A DNA stretch of 64,000 nt, taken from contig CAXXYE010000008.1 of assembly GCA_963674865.2 (NCBI GenBank), forward strand, positions 256,001-320,000, written 5' to 3'. Under the pieces are notes generated by a model. That model was not told the DNA's origin. It ran no database searches and saw nothing but the letters and a program-made list of their open reading frames with translations. This document shows positions 38,667-47,756 of the stretch, piece after piece (position 1 is the first letter of the stretch; each line of letters begins with the position of its first letter). The position numbers were made by a program, and so were the translations under genes. The DNA is from Candidatus Hydrogenedentota bacterium (GTDB taxonomy: Bacteria; Hydrogenedentota; Hydrogenedentia; Hydrogenedentales; SLHB01).

Positions 38667-41600
38667 GCGGCCAAGATGAGCAAGCCGAACATGCAGCCGA
38701 CTTGCGCGCGCGGGCCGAAGAGGTCGCCGCGCAGTCGCCGGACAGCATCGAGGCCCTGTCGTCCGAAGAAACGCAGCAAGTACTCCACGATTTACGGGTG
38801 CACCAGATCGAGTTGGAGATGCAGAACGAGGAATTGCGCCGGGCGCAGGAAGAACTCGCCGAATCTCGCGACCGGTACGCCGACCTTTACGACCATGCAC
38901 CCGTCGGCTATTGCCTCCTGAGCGAAAAGGGACTGATCCTGGAGGCAGACCTCACCGCCGCCAACCTGTTGGACGCGGCCCGGGGCGCCTTGATCAAGCA
39001 GCCGATCACCCGGTTCATCCTGAAGGAAGATCAGGACATCTACTACCACCACCGCAAGGCGCTCTTCGATACGGGCGAACCGCAGGTCTGCGACCTGCGG
39101 ATGGTCAAGAAGGACGGAACGGCATTCTGGACGTGCCTTGAAGCGACCGCCGGGCAGGACGTCGATGGCGCGCCCGTCTGCCGCGTGGTGATGACCGACA
39201 CCACCGAGCGCAAGCAGGCGGAGGCGGCGCTTCGTGAATCAGAGTCCTTCGCGAAGGCGACGCTGAACGGGCTGTCGTCGCATATTGCCATTCTTGATCA
39301 AGACGGTCGCATCGAGGCCGTGAACGAGGCGTGGCGTCAGTTTGCGAATGATAACGGGGGCCTTCCCGGCTCTGTTTGTGAGGGTGCTGACTACCTGGGC
39401 GTTTGCGATGGTGCGACAGGCCAAGACTCTGAGGACGCGAGGCAATTCGCGGAAGCCATCCGCGGAATCTTGGCGGGGCGACGGAGCGAATTCAACCATG
39501 AGTATGCTTGTCACAGTCCTGACGAGCAACGGTGGTTCACGGGGCGAGTGACGAGATTCCCAGGCGAGGGCCCCCCCCGGGCCGTTGTCGCTCACGAAGA
39601 CGTGACTGCGCGTAAGTGCGCGGAGCAAGCGCTGCACGAAAGCGAGAGACGGGTTCGCACGAAACTGGACGCTATTCTGGCGCCTGAAGACGACATCGAG
39701 ATACTCGAGCTCGCCGACGTCATTGATGTACCCAGGATCCAGGCCATGATGGACACCTTCTTCACCCTTACGGGTATCGGAGTCGCCATCCTGGACCTGA
39801 ACGGCAAGATCCTCGTTGCCACGGGCTGGCAAGACATTTGCACGAAGTTTCACCGCGTTCATCCCGAAACGAGCAAGCGCTGCTTGGAGAGCGACACGGT
39901 TCTCGCCCGGGGAGTAGAGCCGAATACCTTCAGACGATACCGGTGCAAGAACAACATGTGGGATATCGCAACGCCCATCGCCTTGGGCAACAGGCACGTT
40001 GGCAGTCTATTCCTTGGACAGTTTCTCTTCGAGGACGAGCAACCCGAAGTGGAGGTCTTTCGCGCCCAGGCCAGGCAGTATGGCTTCGACGAGGCCGAGT
40101 ACCTTGCGGCGCTCGCTCGCGTGCCGCGCTGGAGCCGTGAGAAGGTCGACCAGGTCATGACCTTCTACACCGAGTTCGCCAAGTTGGTTTCCGAACTAAG
40201 CTATAGCAACTTGACGCTGGCCCGGACACTCACCGAGAGCAGGCGGGCGGAGGAGGCGCTGCGGGAGAGCGAGCTTCTCCACAGGACTACCATCGGAAAC
40301 ATCTCGGACACCGTCCTCATAACCGACGACAAAGGCGTTTTCACGTACGTTTGCCCGAACACCCACCTCGTCTTCGGTTGGCACGCAGAGGAGGTGATGA
40401 ACTTCAGTAACATCTCAGTTCTTCTGGGCTCTCATCTGTACGACCCCGAGGAGTTGAAAAGAGAAGGCGAACTCAAGAACATCGAACTGGCCATCGCGGA
40501 CCGCTCCGGAGATGAGCATTGGCTGCTCGTTAACGTCAAACGCGTGCGCATCGGTAGGGGCACGGTTCTTTGGACCTGCCGGGACATCACCGAGCGCAAG
40601 CGGGCGGAGCAGCAGTTGCGGTTTCTTGGCAACATTGCGGAGCAAGTGACGGATTCGATCATGGTGACTGACACGGCATTCCGCATTGTCTATCTGAACG
40701 AGGCCGCACAGAAGCTGTTTGGCTACGCCGAGGATGAACTCCTAGGGCAGTGCCCCGATGTCGTCAACGCGAAACCTGAATCTTCGAGAATCCAAGAGGA
40801 ACTATACGAAACGGTGTCTTCCGGGCAGTCGTACCTGGGCACTGGCCTAAACCGCCGGAAGGACGGGAGTACGTTCATCTGCGAGTTCAAGGTCTCTCCG
40901 ATGTGGGATGAACAGGGCGGCATCTCCGGATACGTCGGGATACAGCGCGACGTCACCGAGCGCAAGCGGGCGCAAGACGAAATCGAAGGGCTTTCAAGGT
41001 TTCCGTCGGAGGACCCGAATCCCGTGCTGCGCATTTCCAAGAACGGGGCCGTCCTGTACGCCAATGCTTCGGCCGAGGAGTTGCTCCAAGAGGAGGGAGC
41101 CGCCGTCGGCAAATCAGCACCGCAGGGATGGCGCGAGCAAGCCTCGCGGGTTCTCGGAACGGGTTCAGTGGACCATTTCGAATGGCCCCATGGTGGTAAG
41201 ACCTTCTTGTTCGCGCTGGCGCCGGTGAAAGACGGCAACTATGTCAATTTCTACGGGCAGGAGATCACTAAATTGAGACGCGCCGAACGAGTGGCGCAGG
41301 AGTCCCGGGAACAACTGTTCCAGGCCGAGAAGATGGCGGCGTTGGGCACCTTGATTTCAGGCGTGGCGCACGAGATCAATAATCCGAACAACTTCATTAT
41401 GCTGAATACGCCGGTGCTCGAACAGGTCTTTCGCGCTGTCCTGCCGCTGTTGGAAAAGAAGTCCCAAGAGGAAGGCGATTTCCGCGTCGGCAAGATGGCC
41501 TACTCCAAGGTCAAAGAAGGCGTCCCCCGGCTCTTGAGCGGTATCCGCGAGGGTTCGCAGCGGATCAAGCAATACGTGAGCGAGCTTCGCGATTTCGGCC

Positions 41601-42094
41601 GCCAGGAAGGAAGCGGTTATCGAGAATTGCTGGATTTGCGCAAGGCAACTGACTCGGCCGTGATGCTGACGGAGAACCTGATTGCCAAGTCGACCAACCG
41701 CTTCGAATTCAATAGGCCGGAATCACTTCCGAGTATACGCGCTCATCCGCAACGTATCGAACAGGTCGTCATCAATCTGATCCAGAATGCCTGCCAGGCG
41801 CTGACCAGCCTCGAACAGGCCCTCACGTTGGATATCACACACGATGCAGCGGAGAACGCGGTCCTGCTCACGGTACGAGATGAGGGCGCCGGCATGAGCG
41901 AGGAGACGTCGGCCCACCTCTTCGACCCGTTCTACACGACGAAGCGGGAGACTGGCGGTACGGGACTGGGACTGAGCGTGTCCAAACGGATTGCCGACGA
42001 GCATGCGGGGAGACTGGAGTTCGAGTCCGAGCTGGGCAAAGGAACCACCGCGAGATTGGTGCTCCCGATTGCGCGCGGGGGGGGGGGTAGATGA
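38663..42094 (+). CDS. Multi-PAS/PocR sensor histidine kinase
   Basis: ATGA overlap with cheBR; HQIELEMQNEELR, PocR-like WQDICTKFHR...YRCKN, H-box VAHEINNP, GTGLGL. Confidence 0.95.
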   Translation: MSGQDEQAEHAADLRARAEEVAAQSPDSIEALSSEETQQVLHDLRVHQIELEMQNEELRRAQEELAESRDRYADLYDHAPVGYCLLSEKGLILEADLTAANLLDAARGALIKQPITRFILKEDQDIYYHHRKALFDTGEPQVCDLRMVKKDGTAFWTCLEATAGQDVDGAPVCRVVMTDTTERKQAEAALRESESFAKATLNGLSSHIAILDQDGRIEAVNEAWRQFANDNGGLPGSVCEGADYLGVCDGATGQDSEDARQFAEAIRGILAGRRSEFNHEYACHSPDEQRWFTGRVTRFPGEGPPRAVVAHEDVTARKCAEQALHESERRVRTKLDAILAPEDDIEILELADVIDVPRIQAMMDTFFTLTGIGVAILDLNGKILVATGWQDICTKFHRVHPETSKRCLESDTVLARGVEPNTFRRYRCKNNMWDIATPIALGNRHVGSLFLGQFLFEDEQPEVEVFRAQARQYGFDEAEYLAALARVPRWSREKVDQVMTFYTEFAKLVSELSYSNLTLARTLTESRRAEEALRESELLHRTTIGNISDTVLITDDKGVFTYVCPNTHLVFGWHAEEVMNFSNISVLLGSHLYDPEELKREGELKNIELAIADRSGDEHWLLVNVKRVRIGRGTVLWTCRDITERKRAEQQLRFLGNIAEQVTDSIMVTDTAFRIVYLNEAAQKLFGYAEDELLGQCPDVVNAKPESSRIQEELYETVSSGQSYLGTGLNRRKDGSTFICEFKVSPMWDEQGGISGYVGIQRDVTERKRAQDEIEGLSRFPSEDPNPVLRISKNGAVLYANASAEELLQEEGAAVGKSAPQGWREQASRVLGTGSVDHFEWPHGGKTFLFALAPVKDGNYVNFYGQEITKLRRAERVAQESREQLFQAEKMAALGTLISGVAHEINNPNNFIMLNTPVLEQVFRAVLPLLEKKSQEEGDFRVGKMAYSKVKEGVPRLLSGIREGSQRIKQYVSELRDFGRQEGSGYRELLDLRKATDSAVMLTENLIAKSTNRFEFNRPESLPSIRAHPQRIEQVVINLIQNACQALTSLEQALTLDITHDAAENAVLLTVRDEGAGMSEETSAHLFDPFYTTKRETGGTGLGLSVSKRIADEHAGRLEFESELGKGTTARLVLPIARGGGGR

Positions 42095-43527
42095 CTAGCT
42101 CACTATTTCCCGCGTGTCCAGTCCTCGTGGTGGACGACGAATCCAGCGCCCTCGACAGTGTCGAGATGGCGCTGTGTGCGCACGGAATTGACAACGTCGT
42201 GCGGTGCCAGGACAGTCGTAAGGTGATGGCGATGTTGGACGAACAGGAGGCGGAGGTGGTGCTGTTGGACCTCTCAATGCCACACCTCCGGGGCGAGGAG
42301 TTGCTGCCGCAGATCGTGGCCGAGCACCCGCACCTACCGGTCGTCATGGTGACGGGTATCGCGGAAGTGGAACGGGTCGTCCAATGCATGCGCCAAGGGG
42401 CCTTCGACTATCTGGTCAAGCCGGTGGATGACGCCCGTTTAGCTACTACGGTCCGGCGGGCCGTCGAGTGGCGTGAGTTGTGTCGAGAAAACAAGCGCTT
42501 GCGCGACGGAATGCTGGCGGAGCATTTGCGGCATTCCGAAGCCTTCGCTGAAATCATTACGAATAACGCGACGATGCACAAGATCTTCCGGTACGTCGAA
42601 GCCATCGCACCGAGCGACGCGTCCGTATTGGTTACCGGCGAAACAGGCGTAGGCAAAGAGCTGATCGCCCGCGTCATCCACCGCCTGAGCGGCAGAAAGG
42701 GTGAGTTCGTGGCCGTGAACGTGTCCGGTCTCGATGAACCTATGTTTTCCGACACGCTCTTCGGGCACCGGAAGGGCGCGTTCACCGGTGCAGGCGAGAC
42801 ACGTGGAGGCGTGATCGAGCGGGCCGCTGACGGCACTCTGTTGTTGGACGAGATCGGCGACCTGAGCCCGGCATCGCAGGTGAAACTGCTGCGGCTCTTG
42901 CAAGAACGAGAATACTACCCGCTGGGCTCAGACGAGCCGTTCCTGTCAACCGTGCGCATCGTCTCTTCAACCTGCCGGGACCTCGGCCAACGAGTCGCCT
43001 CCGGCGAGTACCGCGGGGATCTGTTCTACCGGCTGCAGGGCCATCACGTCCACGTGCCGCCGTTGCGCGAACGCCTCGACACCGATCTGCCGGCCCTGGT
43101 CGAGCACTTCCTCACGGTGGCGGCTGAGCAATTGGAGAAATCCAAGCCTACACCACCTCCTGAGCTTCTTCCCCTGTTGCGAGGCTACTCGTTTCCCGGC
43201 AACGTGCGCGAGCTGGAATCGATGATCCACGACGCCGTCAGTCAGCATGAACGCGGAGTGCTGTCGCTGAAATCCCTCAAGGAAGTGGCGACCGGCCGGC
43301 CGGCACGTACGGATGGTATGACAAGCGCAGGCCCGCCTGAACCTGACGCCCTGACCTTCCCACTGCGGCTGCCCACCATTGCGGAGGCCACTCACAGCTT
43401 AGTCAACGAGGCCCTGGCCCGCGCCAACGGCAATCAGTCTTTGGCCGCGCAAATGCTCGGCATCACTCCCCAGGCCCTCAGCCAACGCCTGAAACGGGCC
43501 GCCGGGGATGGGGAACAGGGCCCGTAG
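42091..43527 (+). CDS. Sigma54-dependent NtrC-family response regulator
   Basis: REC, GETGVGKE, GAFTGA, LLDEIG, PGNVREL, Fis-type HTH. Confidence 0.96.
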   Translation: MTSSLFPACPVLVVDDESSALDSVEMALCAHGIDNVVRCQDSRKVMAMLDEQEAEVVLLDLSMPHLRGEELLPQIVAEHPHLPVVMVTGIAEVERVVQCMRQGAFDYLVKPVDDARLATTVRRAVEWRELCRENKRLRDGMLAEHLRHSEAFAEIITNNATMHKIFRYVEAIAPSDASVLVTGETGVGKELIARVIHRLSGRKGEFVAVNVSGLDEPMFSDTLFGHRKGAFTGAGETRGGVIERAADGTLLLDEIGDLSPASQVKLLRLLQEREYYPLGSDEPFLSTVRIVSSTCRDLGQRVASGEYRGDLFYRLQGHHVHVPPLRERLDTDLPALVEHFLTVAAEQLEKSKPTPPPELLPLLRGYSFPGNVRELESMIHDAVSQHERGVLSLKSLKEVATGRPARTDGMTSAGPPEPDALTFPLRLPTIAEATHSLVNEALARANGNQSLAAQMLGITPQALSQRLKRAAGDGEQGP

Positions 43528-43533
43528 ACCCCA

Positions 43534-43565
43534 TCAACATGGCTTGATCTTTCAACGAATGTTGA
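43534..43565. promoter_or_regulatory. Tandem palindromes, candidate enhancer sites
   Basis: TCAACATGGCTTGA (43534-43547) and TCAACGAATGTTGA (43552-43565). Confidence 0.55.
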
Positions 43566-43780
43566 TTCCCGCGCCCGTATTGTACGCATCCCACTACCTG
43601 AGCCATTCCGTGCGCCCCACCATGCCCCATTTGGTGTCGGCGTAGCTCGATACATGCGGATTTCGGGGCGAGACTGGAATCTGGCATAAACGTTTGTTGA
43701 TCCCCTCCCGACCATTCGACGATGGTCCCATTAACGCGCCAAGCCTTTACGGGGCAGTTGGTTACGCCCCGATTTCGCAC

Positions 43781-43797
43781 CTGGCACGTGCCTTGCT
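43781..43797 (+). promoter_or_regulatory. Sigma54 -24/-12 promoter
   Basis: CTGGCACGTGCCTTGCT = TGGCAC-N5-TTGC, about 50 bp before ATG 43847 with AAGGAG RBS. Confidence 0.85.
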
Positions 43798-43846
43798 GTA
43801 CATCGGCTGGCAGGCACAAGCATCCAATCAAGGAGAGTAAAGCCAC

Positions 43847-44242
43847 ATGCCGGTGCTGAATGTTCTCATTGCACTACACGTTCCGTGGCTGCGCCAGTAT
43901 TTGGCACGAATGCTACGAAATCGAGGCCACGACGTCGTTGTTGCCGAATGCAATCACGAAGCCTTGAACTGGCTCACAATCTTCAATAACTGCCAGAAGC
44001 CACTGCATCTCATCATTCTCGGCTCGGAATTGGCGGCGGCGGACGCGGAGAAGCTCGCGGAGCACGTACCTCGTGACGGCGCCGCACCGACCGTTCTGTT
44101 GCTCGTCGGCCATGAGGGACCGGAATGGGCCAAGCTCTTTGAAGATTGTGCGCGGGTCGAACTCGTATGCGGGCCGCCCGATACGGCGGCCATCCTGGCG
44201 CGGGTTGACGAACTAAGTCAGGCGAACGAGGAATCGTCATGA
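43847..44242 (+). CDS. Degenerate (pseudo-)receiver domain protein
   Basis: REC-like beta/alpha pattern (NVLIA...RGHDVVVAE...EAL...LIIL) without the acidic pocket or phosphoacceptor Asp. Confidence 0.65.
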   Translation: MPVLNVLIALHVPWLRQYLARMLRNRGHDVVVAECNHEALNWLTIFNNCQKPLHLIILGSELAAADAEKLAEHVPRDGAAPTVLLLVGHEGPEWAKLFEDCARVELVCGPPDTAAILARVDELSQANEESS

Positions 44243-44252
44243 AGGTCGGGAG

Positions 44253-44621
44253 ATGCAAGAGCGAAGCGCGACTGCCGCGATTCTCAAGGACACCTTCCGG
44301 GACTCGGATGTCATTGCCCGGCTTGGGGGCGATGAGTTCGCCATGCTTGCCGTCGGGGCGAATGCCGACGACCCCGCCGACCTCGAAAGACGCCTGCACG
44401 AGAGAAGCATCGCCCACAATGTTGACACCAACGGGAGCTTTGGCCTTTCCGTCAGTGTCGGCGTTGCCGGTTTCGACGTCGACCGCCCTTGCAGTATCAA
44501 TGAACTGCTGGCGCAAGCCGACGCGCGAATGTACGCACAGAAGGCCGGAAAACATGAGAGGGTGGCGGCTGGACCGGAAGAACCACAATATGCCCTCAAC
44601 AGAGAAGGCACACCGCAATGA
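44253..44621 (+). pseudogene. Truncated GGDEF domain
   Basis: FRDSDVIARLGGDEFA, SVSVG, ADARMY; N-terminal half absent. Confidence 0.8.
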
Positions 44622-47600
44622 CGGACGCGAACAAGACAAAAGCTCAGCCTCAAGCCGCGGACCGCGAGCTACTCGCACACAAGCTGCTGCAATTGCTCAA
44701 CCGTCGGGAAACTTCGCAGGACTCCATCGGCGACATTCTGCGTCTGGTCAAGACACACTTGGACGTCGAAGCGGTCGGCATCCGTCTGCGTGAGGGCGAC
44801 GATTATCCCTACTGCCAAGCCGATGGTTTTTCGGAAGACTTCCTGCGCGTTGAGCGATATCTGTGCGAACGTGACGAGGCGGGCGAGATCGTGCGCGACG
44901 AAACGGGAACTCCCTGTCTCGAATGCATGTGCGGAAACGTTCTCCGCGGGCGGACCGATCCCGCGCTGCCGTTCTTCACCGAGGGCGGTAGCTTCTGGTC
45001 CAACAACACCACACAACTGCTGGCAACGACTACGGAGAAGGCTCGCCAGGCGCGCACCCGCAACCGCTGCAACGCCGAGGGCTACGAATCTGTCGCCCTC
45101 ATCCCATTGCGTTCAGGCGGCGAGATCATCGGCCTACTGCAATTGAACGATCGCCGCCCCAACCGATTCACGCTGCAAGTGATTCAGTTCTTCGAAGGAC
45201 TTGGCGCCAGCATCGGCATCGCACTCGCGCGCCAGCGAATGGAGACCGACCTCAAACGCACCAATCGATCTCTCGTTATGATCAGTGAGTGCAATCAGGC
45301 GTTGGTCCACGCCACCAACGAGACAGACTTGCTGAACGAGATTTGCCGCCTCATCGTGCAGCTTGGCGGCTTCCGCCTGGCATGGGTCGGATACGCGCAG
45401 GAGGATGAGAAGAAGACGGTCCGTCCCGTCGCATGGACGGGGGGCGACGAGTATGTTACGGGACTGGATATCACCTGGGCGGACGTGGAACGCGGCCGAG
45501 GCCCCGTGGGAACGTCAATCCGCGAAAAGCGCATCGTCTTCGTGGAAAATGTCGAGACGGATGGTTCTTTCACGCCGTGGCGCGATGCCGCAATGAAATA
45601 CGGGCTTCGCTCCGTCATCTCATTTCCCCTGATATCGGACGGCCGTGCCCTTGGCGCGCTCAGCATTGACGCCCCGTTCGTTGATGCATTCACGGCGGAC
45701 GAAATCAGGCTTCTCTCGGAACTCGCCGGAGACATGGCCTATGGCATAGCAACCTTGCGCACTCGCGCCGAACACGAGCAGGCCAGGCGCGAGATCGAGG
45801 GGCTGGCCAGGTTTCCGGGCGAAAACCCGAGTCCGGTGTTGCGCATCGCGCCCGATGGGACCTTACTGTCTGCGAACCGTGCGAGTGCCCAGGTATTAGC
45901 CGCATGGGAGCGGGAAGTCGGCCAGCCGGTGCCGGACGACTGGCACAGACATATCGCAGCCGTATCTCATACCGGGGCGAAGGCGGAAGTCAAAGCCTCC
46001 TATGGCGGCCGGACCTATTCTTTCCTCCTCGTGCCCATCGCGGAGGCCGGATACGTGAACATCTATAGCCGCGACATTACCGAACTCGATCAGGCGGAGC
46101 GTTATCTCGTGGCCTCCGAGACGCGCTACCGGCGGCTTTTCGAGAGTTCCAAGGATGGGATTCTGATTCTCGACGCCGGAACCGGCGAGATTGTGGATGT
46201 CAATCCGTATCTCGGCGAACTATTGGGCTTCGACCTTGAGTACTTCCTCGGCAAGAAGCTCTGGGAAATCGGTCTGTTCAAAGACATCGTCGCTTCGGAG
46301 ACGGCCTTCGTGGAGTTGCAGGAGAAAGAATATATCCGCTACGACGGTTTGCCGCTGGAAGCAAAGGATGGCCGGCAGGTCCAGGTGGAGTTCGTCAGCA
46401 ACGTCTATCGGGTGGACTCGACCAAGGTCATCCAGTGCAACATCCGCGACGTCACCGCACGGAGGAGTCTGGAGGAACAGTTTCGCCAGGCCCAGAAGAT
46501 GGAAGCCATCGGACAACTGGCCGGCGGCGTGGCGCATGATTTCAACAACATTATCATGGGCATGATGGGCTACACCCAACTCATCGTCGATAGGCTGCCC
46601 AAGGAATCGGAGGAGGCCGAGTGCGCCCGCGAGATCTACACAACGGCCGAGCGAGCGGCGGCTTTGACTCGACAGCTCCTATCCTTCAGCCGGAAACAGA
46701 TCCTCGCGACCGAAGTGTTGGACCTCAACACCGTAATCGATGGATTCCAGAAAATGCTGGGGCGGCTGCTGGGCGAAGACATCGATCTATGCATTGCGCC
46801 GGCCCCCGACCTGGGGATGGTGAAGGCGGACCCCGGACAGATCGAGCAGGTCATCATGAACCTGGCCGTGAATGCGCGGGACGCTATGCCAGAAGGCGGG
46901 AAGCTGACCATAGAGACCGGCAATGTGGACCTCGACGAAGAATACGCAGCGCAACATGCTGACGCGACTCCGGGTCCACACGTGATGTTGGCGGTGTCCG
47001 ATACCGGCTGCGGCATGGACGCGGCTACAAGCAAGAAGGTGTTTGAGCCCTTCTTCACCACGAAAGGGCTGGATGAAGGCACTGGACTCGGCTTGGCCAC
47101 TGTTTACGGCATCGTGCGGCAAAGCGGGGGAACCATCCACGTGTACAGCGAACCGGGAGAGGGCACTGCGTTCAAGGTGTATCTGCCGCGAATCGACGAA
47201 GCACCCGAGGTGAAGAAACCATCTCGGCCTACCGATACACGCGGTGCCGGGGAAACCATTCTGGCGGTTGAAGACGAAGAAACGCTTCGGGGACTCCTCG
47301 TGAGGATTCTGGAGCGGGCAGGATACAACTTACTCCTGGCCGCCAACGGCAATGAAGCGTTAGAAGTCTGTGAGAACCATGAGGGAACAATCGACCTGTT
47401 GCTCACGGATGTCGTGATGCCGGAGATGGGCGGACGCCAGTTGGCGGATCGTCTTGCTCAGACACGCGCCGAGATAAAGGTCTTGTACATGTCTGGATAT
47501 ACGCACGACGCCATTGCACACAAAGGCGTGCTGGCTTCCGGCACACAGTTCATACAGAAGCCGTTCAATCCCAACGCCCTCCTGGCCAAGATCCGTGAAG

Positions 47601-47629
47601 TGCTGGAATATGAGCACGACAAGGTCTGA
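44618..47629 (+). CDS. Hybrid histidine kinase GAF-GAF-PAS-HisKA-HATPase-REC (CckA-like)
   Basis: [39 protein letters not shown]. Confidence 0.95.
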   Translation: MTDANKTKAQPQAADRELLAHKLLQLLNRRETSQDSIGDILRLVKTHLDVEAVGIRLREGDDYPYCQADGFSEDFLRVERYLCERDEAGEIVRDETGTPCLECMCGNVLRGRTDPALPFFTEGGSFWSNNTTQLLATTTEKARQARTRNRCNAEGYESVALIPLRSGGEIIGLLQLNDRRPNRFTLQVIQFFEGLGASIGIALARQRMETDLKRTNRSLVMISECNQALVHATNETDLLNEICRLIVQLGGFRLAWVGYAQEDEKKTVRPVAWTGGDEYVTGLDITWADVERGRGPVGTSIREKRIVFVENVETDGSFTPWRDAAMKYGLRSVISFPLISDGRALGALSIDAPFVDAFTADEIRLLSELAGDMAYGIATLRTRAEHEQARREIEGLARFPGENPSPVLRIAPDGTLLSANRASAQVLAAWEREVGQPVPDDWHRHIAAVSHTGAKAEVKASYGGRTYSFLLVPIAEAGYVNIYSRDITELDQAERYLVASETRYRRLFESSKDGILILDAGTGEIVDVNPYLGELLGFDLEYFLGKKLWEIGLFKDIVASETAFVELQEKEYIRYDGLPLEAKDGRQVQVEFVSNVYRVDSTKVIQCNIRDVTARRSLEEQFRQAQKMEAIGQLAGGVAHDFNNIIMGMMGYTQLIVDRLPKESEEAECAREIYTTAERAAALTRQLLSFSRKQILATEVLDLNTVIDGFQKMLGRLLGEDIDLCIAPAPDLGMVKADPGQIEQVIMNLAVNARDAMPEGGKLTIETGNVDLDEEYAAQHADATPGPHVMLAVSDTGCGMDAATSKKVFEPFFTTKGLDEGTGLGLATVYGIVRQSGGTIHVYSEPGEGTAFKVYLPRIDEAPEVKKPSRPTDTRGAGETILAVEDEETLRGLLVRILERAGYNLLLAANGNEALEVCENHEGTIDLLLTDVVMPEMGGRQLADRLAQTRAEIKVLYMSGYTHDAIAHKGVLASGTQFIQKPFNPNALLAKIREVLEYEHDKV

Positions 47630-47756
47630 GCGAGAGAGGATCATTGTTGCACCGCATAGCTCGGAGTAACTGACCCACCGGCCGCCTTTCTCCGGTTGGC
47701 CTCCTATCTGAAGTCAAAGGACTCGGCGCCCCACAGGGCACAGGAGATGGGTAAAG

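Noticed and set aside
43681..43698. Second sigma54 promoter TGGCAT...TTTG
   Set aside because: The -12 element lacks the GC and the spacing is off.
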